Positions 21,403 through 32,800 of a stretch of 42,077 nucleotides of DNA are shown piece after piece. Position 1 is the first letter of the stretch; the number at the start of each line of letters is the position of its first letter. Source of the stretch: Nemertoderma westbladi (lineage: Eukaryota > Animalia > Xenacoelomorpha); contig JAUCBJ010005608.1 of assembly GCA_032718475.1 (NCBI GenBank), positions 1 to 42,077 of the forward strand, written 5' to 3'. The notes under the pieces were generated by a model that was given only the letters and a program-made list of their open reading frames with translations, did not search any database and was not told the origin of the DNA. The translations under genes were made by a program, and so were the position numbers.

Positions 21403-21649
21403 AGTCAGGAACTCATACCGGTATCATAAACAATTTCAAAATCAGTTTGGTTATTTTATATTATTTAATTCCCTTGTATGGTTTAAATTTCCCGCCTTTT
21501 GCTCATTTGATAATAATAAGTCAGTACAAAAAAAAAAAAATTTAGGAATGGATGGACATAATTACTTACACTCGATTGAGTACAAATGTACTAATGTACA
21601 TACAAAGTATGTCTGATGAGTACACCTGTACTCACATACATAATTACAA

Positions 21650-21950
21650 ATGCACTAACGCTGGGTCAATGGGAACATATGTACTAATACCGGGTCAATG
21701 GGACCAATGATAGTACATAATACATGCTATTTTTTAGGATTAAAAGAGTACATTGTACCACATTTAGGATTGGAAGGGTACATAGTACCACATTTAGGAT
21801 TAGATGAGTATGCAATTACGTACATCTGATAAGCACTACATGTGCTAACGAACTTAAATACGTACTAATGCCGGGTCAATGGGACCATACATACTAATGC
21901 CAGGTCAATGGGACCATATGTACTAATGCCGGGTCAATGGGACCATACAT
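21650..21950 (+). repeat. Short 30-bp repeats (tactaatgccgggtcaatgggaccata) and catttaggatt repeats in the BEL 3' non-coding region
   Basis: Two units at about 21650-21710, three at about 21862-21950, and tttaggatt units at about 21733, 21763 and 21793. Confidence 0.8.
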
Positions 21951-23947
21951 ACCAATATACCACCCCATAGATAGAGTATACTATGGGAGTCTGGATCAAT
22001 AGGATCAGTCAAATGGGTATTGGTGTTGCGGATGGAAGCTAGTGGCTGGAAAGCTTAACACATAGTTTAGAGTAACGTGAATAAGGAAGAAAGGGGTAGG
22101 CCATCTCAGATTTTAACACTTATTAAGGTAGAGTTAGTTATCTCTTGCCTTTCTGGACCTCATCAGTTTGGTGAGAGACTGGGATGGCGGAGAAACTGGT
22201 AACAAAAGTAATGACTAGTGGGATCCATGGACCGCCATTGCTGGATAAAGCGATCAGTGGGCTCCTCTACTATGTTGTAGAGAGTGTTGAATATTCAAAG
22301 GAGCACATCGAGAGTCGACTAGGAGGAAGTTGCTGTTTGCCTGCCAAGCTACTGGGAGGTAACGACTCACACTAAGTGATTACTAATATCCAGCCAAACC
22401 TGAATAGGTAGTCATTAAACAACGAAGCGGAGTTAGGACTCACTAGGAGAACTACCCTGAGGGATAAGAAACACCCCGAGGGATGCTACCAGGGGTAGAC
22501 AGGAGGGACACTTGATGGGACCACCAGCAAAGCGTTATCAAGAAATAGTAACAACTACTCTCAGGGAACTAACAAGAGGGATTAGTAAGGCCATGGCGGC
22601 AAGTAAGACCGCGATTAAGAACAAGTGGGATGGCAAAGAGCATCCAAGCCATGACAAGGATAAAAGAGAAGAGCTACGATGAATTGGGAAGGATGAAAGT
22701 TCTAGACCAACGCTCTGGATGTTATTCGCTGACATCATCTACTGACGAGAAAGCATCAGAGTGCCTGGAAGGCAGCGCCAGAATTATAGACTAAAGTAAA
22801 ATATTCCCGCCCTAATTGTAAATAATTTGAATAAGTATATAAAGTAACCAATCGTAGTGTATTAATATATAACCACCATATATATCTACTATAGTCAAAT
22901 ATAACCTTTCTCAATTAGCTACTGGGACGGGGGACTCATTGACTGAAACAGGAGAATGAGACAAAGAACTCACTCATCGTGTGCAAGACTGTGAGGATCC
23001 AACAGAAGTAAGTAGTGAGAATAGTAAGGGGTTGAGTGAGAGAGGTGTGATGAGAGATGAGGGTTTGAGGAAGGATAGAGAGTGCGAAATTCAAAATGTA
23101 GGGAGCGATGAGACCTATGGGACTAATAAGGAGAGAATGGGGTGAGGAGATTGGAAGATAGTATCCAAGTAAAATTGAGTGAGGGGGAAAGGGCGATCAT
23201 CTAAATAGAGACGCCAGATACCTTGGTATAACTTAGCTCGCAGATGTACCAAGGAAGGGTAGTGAAACCAGAACCAATGGGGCCAGTCTGGAAAACTGGC
23301 CCCAGAGAAGATATTTCAACCCCACATCCAATATTAGATTAGATTCCAGCGGAATGGAGTGCACTTGGTTGATGCTATCTTCTCACCAGGAAGATAGCAT
23401 GGGAGAGAGTGTTAGCGAATCCATCCGCTGCACACCACCCAGTGAGAAAATGGGGAACTGTGATTTACGAATCGCAGTTAAGTATGCAATATTATATCCA
23501 ATATAATATTGCATACCAAGGAAGAATGTAGGGCAACATAATGCCAGCTTGGAGATAGATACCAACATATCTCAGGGAAGAAGCTAGCATAGGGCATAGG
23601 CATAGCATAGGAAATAGGGAGTGGCAGAGGGAGAGATTCAACCAATGGCAGGACAGCACATGTCCAATTAACACATATCTATTCAATTCAATGTATTTAA
23701 TCAGATAAACTGACATATAAATAAAACTGTAATGTACCGTGTATTGGTAGGTCAACATGTAGGTAAGAATGTATAATAAGCTTTCTAAGCAATGTGTATA
23801 AAACCATTACCCAATATTAATTATGTTCAGTTGGCTATTAATTACTGTGGAAGTCGGATGGTTTTGACCGTCATTGCTAGTGCTATATACTGATTGTGCT
23901 GTATTTTACCGGTACTTATATATATCAGCTATTATTAACAACGATAA

Positions 23948-24079
23948 GCTATAAACTCTTTATTATACACCGGCCTATGGCCTTTCAGCCTTTCCAGTCA
24001 CTTAAATGCGGCAACGTGTACTCAACACAACACAAAACCACACCAGTCGGGATCCTGCGCCAACTCAGATCCCATCACA
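23948..24079 (+). repeat. 3' part of the 3' LTR of the decayed BEL element
   Basis: Matches 8976-9111 and ends in CA. The LTR start is uncertain: candidates are about 16204 after a G-rich tract, or 23046 (tgtgatg) after a purine-rich tract. Confidence 0.75.
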
Positions 24080-25172
24080 GTATACCATCATACAACACAG
24101 AGTGTGAAACATTTTGTATCTGCCCCCAGTTTCTGCATTCAGGAACAAAGCACCATCTATTTCCAAGGTTGAGGTTGCGATGCACCAGCATCAGTTTCGC
24201 CAGCAGAAGCCATTTATGGAGTCCTGTAGTGGAGTAAGCCTACTGTAGTCGAAGTAGTCTACTTTAAAATTAAAAATGATAAATGAATACTAGTTGACAG
24301 TGTTGCAAAACTACTGTGCTTCAATATTGCAGACAGACGCTGAGTGCATCAATCATCCCAGCCTGATAGTTAAAGCTACGGCTAAAATCCTAGACTTGTG
24401 GGGGAATCAGAAAACTAACCCTAACCACCGTTTAATAGAGAATTACGAACGTTTTTGAGATTCTGAATCTGCCGATTAAGGCGGTTCTAATGATATCTAT
24501 ATTACATTAAAAGACGAAATATTTAGAAAATAGTGTGAACTGAAAATTGTGACTGATAACAAAGCATCTCCTAAAGAATGCGCTTTATACGTGAATCCAT
24601 AGCCATCCCGTTGTGTCTAGTGTAAGTCATAACTCTGTTTACATATTTAGAGCGCCACGTCCTAAAGGAACTGTTAATATTTCCCGAAAGTGAATAATAT
24701 TTGTCAGAAATTATATATTACGATCAGTCGAATAATACAGTAGGCCTACACCGCAATAAGGTCAAAGCTTCCGAATCCAGTCTCCCGGGTATATCCAGCG
24801 GGTGAATGGTCGCGCATAGACTGGCTTCGGCTAATGTAGTGTATCAAATACTCGTCATATGCTAAAGTCGATTTATAATCTAGAAGACATCTAAATTTGG
24901 CAGGTTAAACTGCTGAAGGTCTGAAAGCGCGAACACTGATAAGCCCTAGATAGCAAAACTTCTCAACAATTTCTACTTTGGAGCCATACAATTTAATCAC
25001 GCAAAAGAGGTGAGAGCACACGACTTAGGAATGAAGTACAAACATTTAGTTTTATTTGTATTAAAAATGATTGAATTTCTAGAAGCAAAAAGAACGTCTA
25101 TACAGTATCTATTAACTACAGACGGGCCTAGCGGCCCGTGAAGCAAGTCGTAGGAGACAGTAAGAGTCAAGT

Positions 25173-25337
25173 AATAACTATTTACATACTTGTGTGTAAA
25201 GTAGCACTTTACAGTGTGATGATCCGAGTGGCTTAGTTACACGAACGAACGTTAGTGAGTGAGTGAAAATAAAGCCACGAGGTTCAGAAAACTGTAAAGT
25301 ACTTTGCAAGAATATAAGTATGTAATGTAGTTTTATT
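25173..25337. repeat. Imperfect long hairpin with a cgaacgaacg-ttagtgagtgagtg centre, possibly Crypton-type
   Basis: Arms pair as aataacta..ttacatactt..actttacagt..gtggctt with aagccac..actgtaaagt..aagtatgtaa..tagttttatt. The family assignment is from recalled resemblance only. Confidence 0.55.
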
Positions 25338-25438
25338 CCGAAATTTTAACATTACGAAATGATTGTACATATAAGTGCACATAAGTGATAGAAACTGCAC
25401 AAATCACACCATAACCCTTAATACAACAACCATTTTTA

Positions 25439-26260
25439 GGGGGTCGGAGCCCCCCCCCCCCCCCCCCCCCCCTAATTTTTTTCAAATTTCAATAAAATGA
25501 TACGAAATTTGGTATGATGATAGATCGACACCTTTTCTTACTGGTGGCCTGGCCGGATTTTTCAATTTCTCAGATATTTCCATACAACAATCCCTTAAAA
25601 AATGTCTATTTAGCAATGTTTAACCACCTCCGTAGACTTTATTTTACGTCTTTGAAATGTAATCTAGATATCATTCGAAGCGCCTTCGTCTGTAGATTCC
25701 GAATCTGAAAACCGTTTTAAATTTAACCAAAAATTGGTTAAGATATTATCAAAATACTAATGTGTAAATTTAGAGATGTAAATCGCTATAATTCTGATGT
25801 TTTGTTGTCTTTATTCTAGAATATTAATTATTATTTAGCTGAGCGTTTAAAACTCTCCATCTTTCTTATTCATTATCCATAATTAATATTCTAGAATTGA
25901 GTAAATAAAACATTAGAATTATAGCGATTTACGTCACAAAAAATTTACACCTTAGTATTTTGATAACATCTCCGGAAGTTCTTGGTGAAAATTACAACGG
26001 GTTTCATATTCGGAATCTGCAGATGAAGGCGGTTCTAATGATATCTAGATCTCATTCCAAAGACGAAAAATAAACCTGACGGAGGTGGCTAAATATTGCG
26101 AAATAGACGATTTTTAACGGCTTGTTGTATCGAAATAGCTCATAAATTAAAAAATCCGGCCAGGCCACCAGTAAGAAAAGGTTTCGATCTATCATCATAC
26201 CAAATTTCGTAGCATTTTATTGAAATTTGAAAAAAATTAGTGGGGGGGCTCCGACCCCCC
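25439..26260. mobile_element. Foldback MITE with inverted arms of about 390 bp
   Basis: Left arm gggggtcggagc(c)n...cgaaatttggtatgatgatagatcga...ctggtggcctggccggattttt is mirrored at 26150-26260. The centre lies near 25835-25878. No ORF. Confidence 0.88.
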
Positions 26261-26339
26261 ACTATGTATATAAATTTAATTCAGTTATTATATATTATAA
26301 GCAGTTATTAGAATAACAAGCGTTAAATAGTTTACTAGG

Positions 26340-26677
26340 ATCATGAGCAAAGGTCATAGCTATCTTGACACATCAACGGAACCGCCTCCCCTTTGCAGGA
26401 CATTACTTTCGCTGTGAGGACCAGCCAGTGCATAATCTTGTGCTTTGACAGGCTCATGGAGCAAATAAGCATGGCGGACAACCCATGAGTTTCTTGAGAC
26501 GCATCGTAAAGCACACTGGCCTTAAAGATAAGGATGAACTAGCAAATGTCATGGGTGAGAGTTGTGACGGCGCAATTTTGTCGACAAGTCGGCACAGCAT
26601 TCTTAATATATATGTAATATACTTTATATATAATGCAGCTGTAATGCAGCATGCCGATCGTATTAGTAGTAGTAGTA
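26340..26677 (+). mobile_element. Decayed RTE-clade non-LTR retrotransposon 3' end
   Basis: Translates as RNRLPFAGHYFRCEDQPVHNLVL*QAHGANKHGGQPMSFLRRIVKHTGLKDKDELANVM, typical of an RTE C-terminus. Ends in (tag)n. Confidence 0.75.
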
Positions 26678-26760
26678 AACGTCCAAAATATACAAAACCT
26701 AGTAAGTCTCTTTACATTACAAAGGGCCCTATAGATACGATATATAAATTATGTTCTTCT

Positions 26761-26957
26761 TGTACAGTGCTGATAGATGATTATTGTTTGAGAGACAAGC
26801 CAGCAAGCAGATTATTATATTTAGTATTATCTGACAGCTGACCCCTTTTCTTGTTGCTTTAGCTGACTGCCGGATGCAGTCAGCATTATGTTCGACTGAA
26901 GGCTGACTGTTGGATACAGTCAGCACTGATATATTTGGTGTGCGTATATTCCGCACA
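26761..26957 (+). repeat. 5' LTR, lacking about the first 70 bp
   Basis: 26762-26957 aligns with 33135-33330 and ends ccgcaCA. Confidence 0.93.
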
Positions 26958-26960
26958 TTT

Positions 26961-26978
26961 TGGTGCCTGGACCCGGAT
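26961..26978 (+). promoter_or_regulatory. Primer-binding site, closest to tRNA-His
   Basis: TGGTGCCTGGACCCGGAT lies 3 bp after the LTR and resembles the recalled tRNA-His complement TGGTGCCGTGACTCGGAT with mismatches. Confidence 0.7.
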
Positions 26979-27358
26979 CCTGTTGAATGAAGGAATGTAA
27001 TCGGTGTTTGGGAATACTGTTTGGCAGTTTGGTGAATACTGGAATACTGCAGTACTGAACTGGAGTAATTAATCAGATAGGCTCAAACTGCAAACTGTTA
27101 TATTTGGATACAGTGAACTGCGTATTCGACGGACGTACCTGTATCTACGTTCAGACGGTTAGGCCTACCTATTGGTCTACCTATATCAGTATATTCATAT
27201 TGCTGTATTAGTCAGTACCCGGTACGGTATATAACGGTACCGGTACTGCATTTCTGCATCGGAAATAAACTGGAACTGTGACACAACGCAAATTACGAAG
27301 TCAATCCGGCCAGAAATATTTGTAATTTAATCTACCTAACCTAGGCCTTGTAGATAGA

Positions 27359-29827
27359 ATGGCTGAACCGTTGGGTAAGTTAAGGAAACGGAGAGCAGGT
27401 CATAAAGCAACCGCTACTCGTTTAATGGGAGATCTCCATGGCGAAATGTACTCAGATTTCACCAACCGTACATTACACGATGATGTCAATGTTGAAACTA
27501 TAGAGGATTTATCCGAGGGATTGCGAAATCAGAGGGCGAAAATAGCTGAGTTGACTGAGGAGATTCAACATCTTGTAGAAGATGAAGATCAGTTAGTTAC
27601 CGAAATCAATTCGTCTGCTAAGGATGACATGCAGATAGGTTCCTTATTGCGTCGAGTAGATAAGTTATTAGGTTTAAGTAATTCTGTAAGTCAGCATGGC
27701 CAAATCCACCCTTCTGATCACATCGGTTTTAATCCGGAAAATACTGGGTTAGATAGAACCCAGATAGGAAATACGAGGCCTATGGGATTAACCCCTCAGA
27801 AGCTTCCAAACCTTAAACTCCCAAAATTTAGTGGCGATCCGATAGAATGGCCCAATTTCTGGGATCGATTTGAGGATGCAATACATAAGAGAACTGATCT
27901 AGCTGGAGCCACTAAATTTACGTATCTAGAAGGCCAACTCTCTGGTGAGGCTTATTCTTTAGTAACAAACTTCCAGAGAAGTAATGATGATTATATTGAG
28001 GCCATTGAACTTCTTAGGACTACTTATGGTCAGAAAAAGTTAATTATGAGGGCTCGTCTCAATACAGTGTTCGATATGGAGTTTCCTAAAGCGACTTCGA
28101 AGGATTTAGCTTCATTTCGAGCAAATTATGAAGCGCAACTGCGTGGAATCAAACAGCTAGGAGGTAATGTGGAGGAATCTGGCTACGTATACGCCGAACT
28201 AATTCTTCGTAAGCTTCCTGCTTCAGTTCGTAGTAACATAAATAGGGCCGCTCGCTCCACTTATTGGACGCTTGAGGAGTTACGGGTAGCTCTAAATGAT
28301 GAAATCGAACAGTTAAGGTCTACTGAGTCACAAAGTACTTATCTAAAACCTCAGAATAACTATGGTAGTAAATTTAAAAGCGATACTAGAAATTCATCAG
28401 CCAATTCTTTGGGTTCTGAAACTGGAGGAACACTTGGCTCTTTCAGCACGACAGCAAGTACACCATTCGATAGGAAACGCAGACCGGTTTCCTGTTATCT
28501 ATGTAAGGCAGATCATCCTGCCCGATTGTGTGACCAGTATAAGACTCCAAATCTTAAATTAGCTCGAGTTAGAGAATTGCGTTTATGTACAAGATGTCTT
28601 AGACATAGACATTCAGAAGGTAAACCATGTCTCAGTGAGGAAGGTTGTCAAGTATGTAGGAAGGGTCACCATACCATTCTCCATTTGGATTCTAAACCAA
28701 ATCCTAGTACAGTTGCAGCTATTACATCTGATACAGGGGATGTTTGTTTGGCAACTTCGGGTGGATCTACATTACTTCCTACCGCAATCTGTCCTATAAG
28801 ATTCCTAAATGATGGGAAGGAGGATGATTACTCTGTTCGTACAATTCTCGATCAAGCTGCACAACGTACTTTTATACTCCGTCGAATTGTCAAGGCATTA
28901 GGATTGGAGACAATTAATAAGGTTTCATCTTCTATAGACGGATTTAATAAGGAAGGACCAAGGAAGGTTTATGATGAAGTTCGTTTCCGAATTTCAACTT
29001 CGGATGGTTTAATTGCGACTTGGGCGTTAGTTGTAGATAAGTTGCCTCTTAGATTATCTTCCCCGGGTCGTACCAAGATGGTCTCTCAACTACAGCTGCG
29101 TGGATTTAAGTTAGCAGATCCTCGTACCGGAGATGATTTATCTGACATTGGGTTGTTGATAGGAGTCGACCAGTACTTTAACTTCGTTTATGGGGAATGT
29201 ATTCAAGGTGGTATTTATCGGCTTCCTTCTAATCTTGGTGATGTCATTACTGGTACATTGCCTTTATGTGATTCCCAATCAAACTCAATTCAATCAAATG
29301 TTATTACGGCTCTCCTTATTGGTTGTGTCGAAGAGTCGGATAATCTTGATGATGCCCTCGAACGACTTTGGAGATTAGATACAATCGGTATCTCACCTGA
29401 TGACACCAACCCTATTGATGAAGTTGTTATGAAGGAATTTGAAGAAAACACTAAGTATGTTGATGGAAGATATGTTGTTCGTCTACCTTGGAAACCGGAT
29501 TTTCCAAGTCTACCATCCAATTACGGATTAACGATAAAGCGACTTCAGTCGACATTGACGAAGTTGTCTAAGAATCCTTTGTTATTGGAATGTTATAATA
29601 GTATTATTCTTCAACAGTTAGAACGTGGATTTATAGAACTAGCACCCCCCTATATTGCTACGGGTTCTAAAATACACTACCTAGCCCACCGTGGAGTTGA
29701 AAAACAATCGATAACAACTCCATTACGAATCGTATTCGATTGTTCGGCACGGGCTGGTCGCGGGTTACCGAGTCTCAACGATTGTTTGTATTCGGGACCG
29801 AGTTTAATCTCACAAGATCTCATTTAA
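27359..29827 (+). CDS. BEL/Pao gag-protease-RT N-terminal part, ending at an in-frame TAA
   Basis: LPKFSGDPIEWPNFWDRF gag domain, three Cys/His knuckles, protease ILDQAAQRTFI, and HYLAHRGV, LRIVFD, SLNDCLYSGP. Confidence 0.92.
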   Translation: MAEPLGKLRKRRAGHKATATRLMGDLHGEMYSDFTNRTLHDDVNVETIEDLSEGLRNQRAKIAELTEEIQHLVEDEDQLVTEINSSAKDDMQIGSLLRRVDKLLGLSNSVSQHGQIHPSDHIGFNPENTGLDRTQIGNTRPMGLTPQKLPNLKLPKFSGDPIEWPNFWDRFEDAIHKRTDLAGATKFTYLEGQLSGEAYSLVTNFQRSNDDYIEAIELLRTTYGQKKLIMRARLNTVFDMEFPKATSKDLASFRANYEAQLRGIKQLGGNVEESGYVYAELILRKLPASVRSNINRAARSTYWTLEELRVALNDEIEQLRSTESQSTYLKPQNNYGSKFKSDTRNSSANSLGSETGGTLGSFSTTASTPFDRKRRPVSCYLCKADHPARLCDQYKTPNLKLARVRELRLCTRCLRHRHSEGKPCLSEEGCQVCRKGHHTILHLDSKPNPSTVAAITSDTGDVCLATSGGSTLLPTAICPIRFLNDGKEDDYSVRTILDQAAQRTFILRRIVKALGLETINKVSSSIDGFNKEGPRKVYDEVRFRISTSDGLIATWALVVDKLPLRLSSPGRTKMVSQLQLRGFKLADPRTGDDLSDIGLLIGVDQYFNFVYGECIQGGIYRLPSNLGDVITGTLPLCDSQSNSIQSNVITALLIGCVEESDNLDDALERLWRLDTIGISPDDTNPIDEVVMKEFEENTKYVDGRYVVRLPWKPDFPSLPSNYGLTIKRLQSTLTKLSKNPLLLECYNSIILQQLERGFIELAPPYIATGSKIHYLAHRGVEKQSITTPLRIVFDCSARAGRGLPSLNDCLYSGPSLISQDLI

Positions 29828-32800
29828 ATGCTACTGCGTTTTCGTCTGAACCTGTATTGCGCATTGGCGGATAGCGAGAAGGCTTACTTACAGGTGATAT
29901 TAGATGAAAACGATCGTGACGTCACACGCTTCATGTGGCCAGAGGATCCAACCAATCCTCACAGTCCTTGGGTCACATATCGATTTCGAGTAGTCCTTTT
30001 TGGTGCTACTTGTTCCCAATTCCTTCTCAATGCTACTGTGCGTCATCATGTCCGCAAACTAAACCCTCCATGCGCTCAACGTATTCTCAATGGTTTGTAC
30101 GTAGACAATTTACAAGCTAATGATAATTCTGAGCATTGTTTAATTAATTTTTATAACGAAAGTCGCGGTATTTTAGCCGCTGGTGGGTTTCCTTTAAGGG
30201 AGTGGGTTACTAATTCACCAGAATTAGCTGAGTTGATAAAAGTAAACCATGACGGACCTAAAGTAACTCATATTGAACAAAAGGTTTTGGGATTATGTTG
30301 GAACATGTCTGATGGCGTCATAGGATTCCAAGATAGGAACATGACATCATCAGTGGTTATTTTAACAAAACGTAAGGTTGTTAGTTTGGCATCAAGGGTT
30401 TTTGATCCATTGGGATTCATAAATCCAGTGACAATACGATCTCGTTTATTAATACTGGATATATGGGCTCTCGGTATTAAATGGGACGCCCCACTCCCAG
30501 ACAACATTGTAAAAGAGTGGCATAACATTCTTTCTGATCTTATTTTGTGCTTTAATTTTTGTCTGCCTAGGCAATTATGTGTAACTCCTGAAGCATCTAT
30601 ACACGCTTTTTGTGATGCATCAGGAAAAGCTTTCGGTGCTGTTATTTATATTGTTTTAGATAATATTTCTAAACTTGTGATTTCCAAGTGTAAACTTGCT
30701 CCAATCAAGGGTGGTAAAACCACGCCTTCATTACCGCAGCTAGAATTGACAGCTGCTGCTATTGGATCAAAGCTTCTAAAGTTTGTAACAAACGTTTATA
30801 AAGTTGAAACTGATAATAGTAATAAATTATTTTTGTGGACTGATAGTAAAATAACATTGGCCTGGATTAATTCTGACAAAATACAAAAACCGTATATCCA
30901 ACGCCGTGTTCTAGAAATAAGAGAAAACTTACCCAATGGTACATTTCTTTATGTACCAACAGACGACAATCCAGCTGATTGTTTATCTCGTGGTATTTCG
31001 GCCAAGAAATTTCTTAAATTTAATTTATGGATTTCTGGTCCAACCTGGCTCACATCTGATAATTGGCCAAATCAAAATGATATTTCTGTTGACCAAATGG
31101 AGCCAGGTGAACAGCCAATTGTATCTATTGCAACAATGTCTGTTAATGAGACTGTTATTTGTACTCCCCCTGTTATATGTCCAATCAATATTAAACGTTT
31201 TGGGAATTTCAATAAGTTGATAACTGTAACAGCTTTAGTATTTCGTTTTATTAGAAATTTAAAGTGTGCAATTGTTGATAAATCTCGTACTCGTACTATA
31301 GTTGATATTGTGCCAAGTAATGTGCATTTTAATATTTTTCCATTGTTACGAGTGGGTAAAGTGCGCGATGCTGAAATTTGGTTAGTCCAACAGGCACAGC
31401 GTGAATCTTATCCGGAGGTTTGGGATTACTTGATTACTTCTAAAGGTCGTATGCCAACTATTGTGCATCAATTACGTCTTACTATGATGGATGGTGTGAT
31501 TCGTAGTGTGGGAAGAATCGACAATGCCAATCTGCCATGGGAAACTAAATACCCCTTGTTTCTACCATCCCACCATTGGTTAACACATTTAATCATTAAG
31601 TACACGCATGAACATTTAGTTAAGCACTCGGGTATTGCAGATACAGTAGTTTTCTTAAGACAGAGGTGGTGGATTCCAGCTATCCGTCAACGAGTTCGAT
31701 CTCTGTGCAGACAGTGTACAACATGTCGTAAAATTCAAGGACCCCATTATCAAGTACCCCCTCCTCCCCCATTACCTAACATTCGAGTACAGGAATGTCA
31801 TCCATTTAAGTGTAGTGGTGTAGATTACACCGGCAGTTTATTAGTGAAAGACAACGACTACAAATTAAAGGTGTATATAGCATTATTTACTTGTGCTGCG
31901 AGTCGTGCGGTCCATTTAGAAATAGTGCGTGATAATAGTACTGATGCTTTCCTACTGGCTCTGCGACGATTTGTTGGGCGGCGAGGGTGTCCTTCGAGAT
32001 TGTTGAGTGATAATTCGTCGACATTCACCTCAGCAGATGGTTGTTTAAGGCAGGCCGAAGAAGACCCTAGTGTCAGTAAGTTCTTATTGTCACATCGAAT
32101 TACATGGGATTTTATCCCCCCAGCAGCACCATGGTTTGGCGGGATAAGGGAATGCCTGGTGCGAATGATGAAGACTAGTTTGAAGAAGGTGTTAGGTTGC
32201 GCGTTAATATCTCTAGAAGAGTTGCAAACGCTTATTGTTGAAGTTGAGTGTATAATGAATGACAGACCTCTTACCTATGTTTCGGGAGATAATAATGATC
32301 CACAGCCACTAACTCCATCAATGTTAATATCAGGTCACCGCATTAATACATTGTATAATCCCAATAGCCTCGATAGTGATGTGTGGCGTGATCCCGATTA
32401 TTGTCCAACTGTATCTAGAGATAGTCTAACTCGTGGTCATCTTCGTTTGCTAAAGTTATTGAGTGATCTGTGGACCCGGTGGTCCAAGGAATATTTAACA
32501 ACATTGCGGGAGCACCATCGTTGGGATTTTCGTGACCCTAGTAATGTTGTGAGTGTTGGAGACGTAGTTCTCATCCATGATAATGTCCTACCGCGTGGGC
32601 GTTGGAAACTAGGCAAGGTGATAGACTTGCATCCGGGTAATGACGGGTGGGTTCGATTCGTAACCTTACGTACTGCTACGGGAATATACAAGAGACCAAT
32701 TAAGAAACTCTATCCTATAGAATTAGCGTCTCCCGCCTCCGACGATCCTATTGGTAACAACCCTGTGGTTTCTGCACGCCCCCAAGCGGTGGTTAAGTTC

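Larger units (their letters stand above)
16474..21540 (+). mobile_element. Apparently full-length CRE-clade (restriction-like endonuclease) non-LTR retrotransposon
   Basis: One long ORF, an A13 tail (21528-21540) and target duplication ATTTAGGA (16466-16473, 21540-21547). The host gtacaaatgtactaatgtacata repeats continue on both sides. Confidence 0.88.
8976..24079 (+). mobile_element. Decayed BEL/Pao LTR retrotransposon containing a nested CRE-like insertion
   Basis: A shared LTR 3' segment occurs at 8976-9111 and 23948-24079, both ending ...atccyrtcaca, with fragmented gag-pol between them. The LTR starts and the target duplication could not be resolved. Confidence 0.8.

Noticed and set aside
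26729-26956. Duplicated minus-strand ORF (also 33129-33407)
   Set aside because: It is only the LTR sequence read twice.
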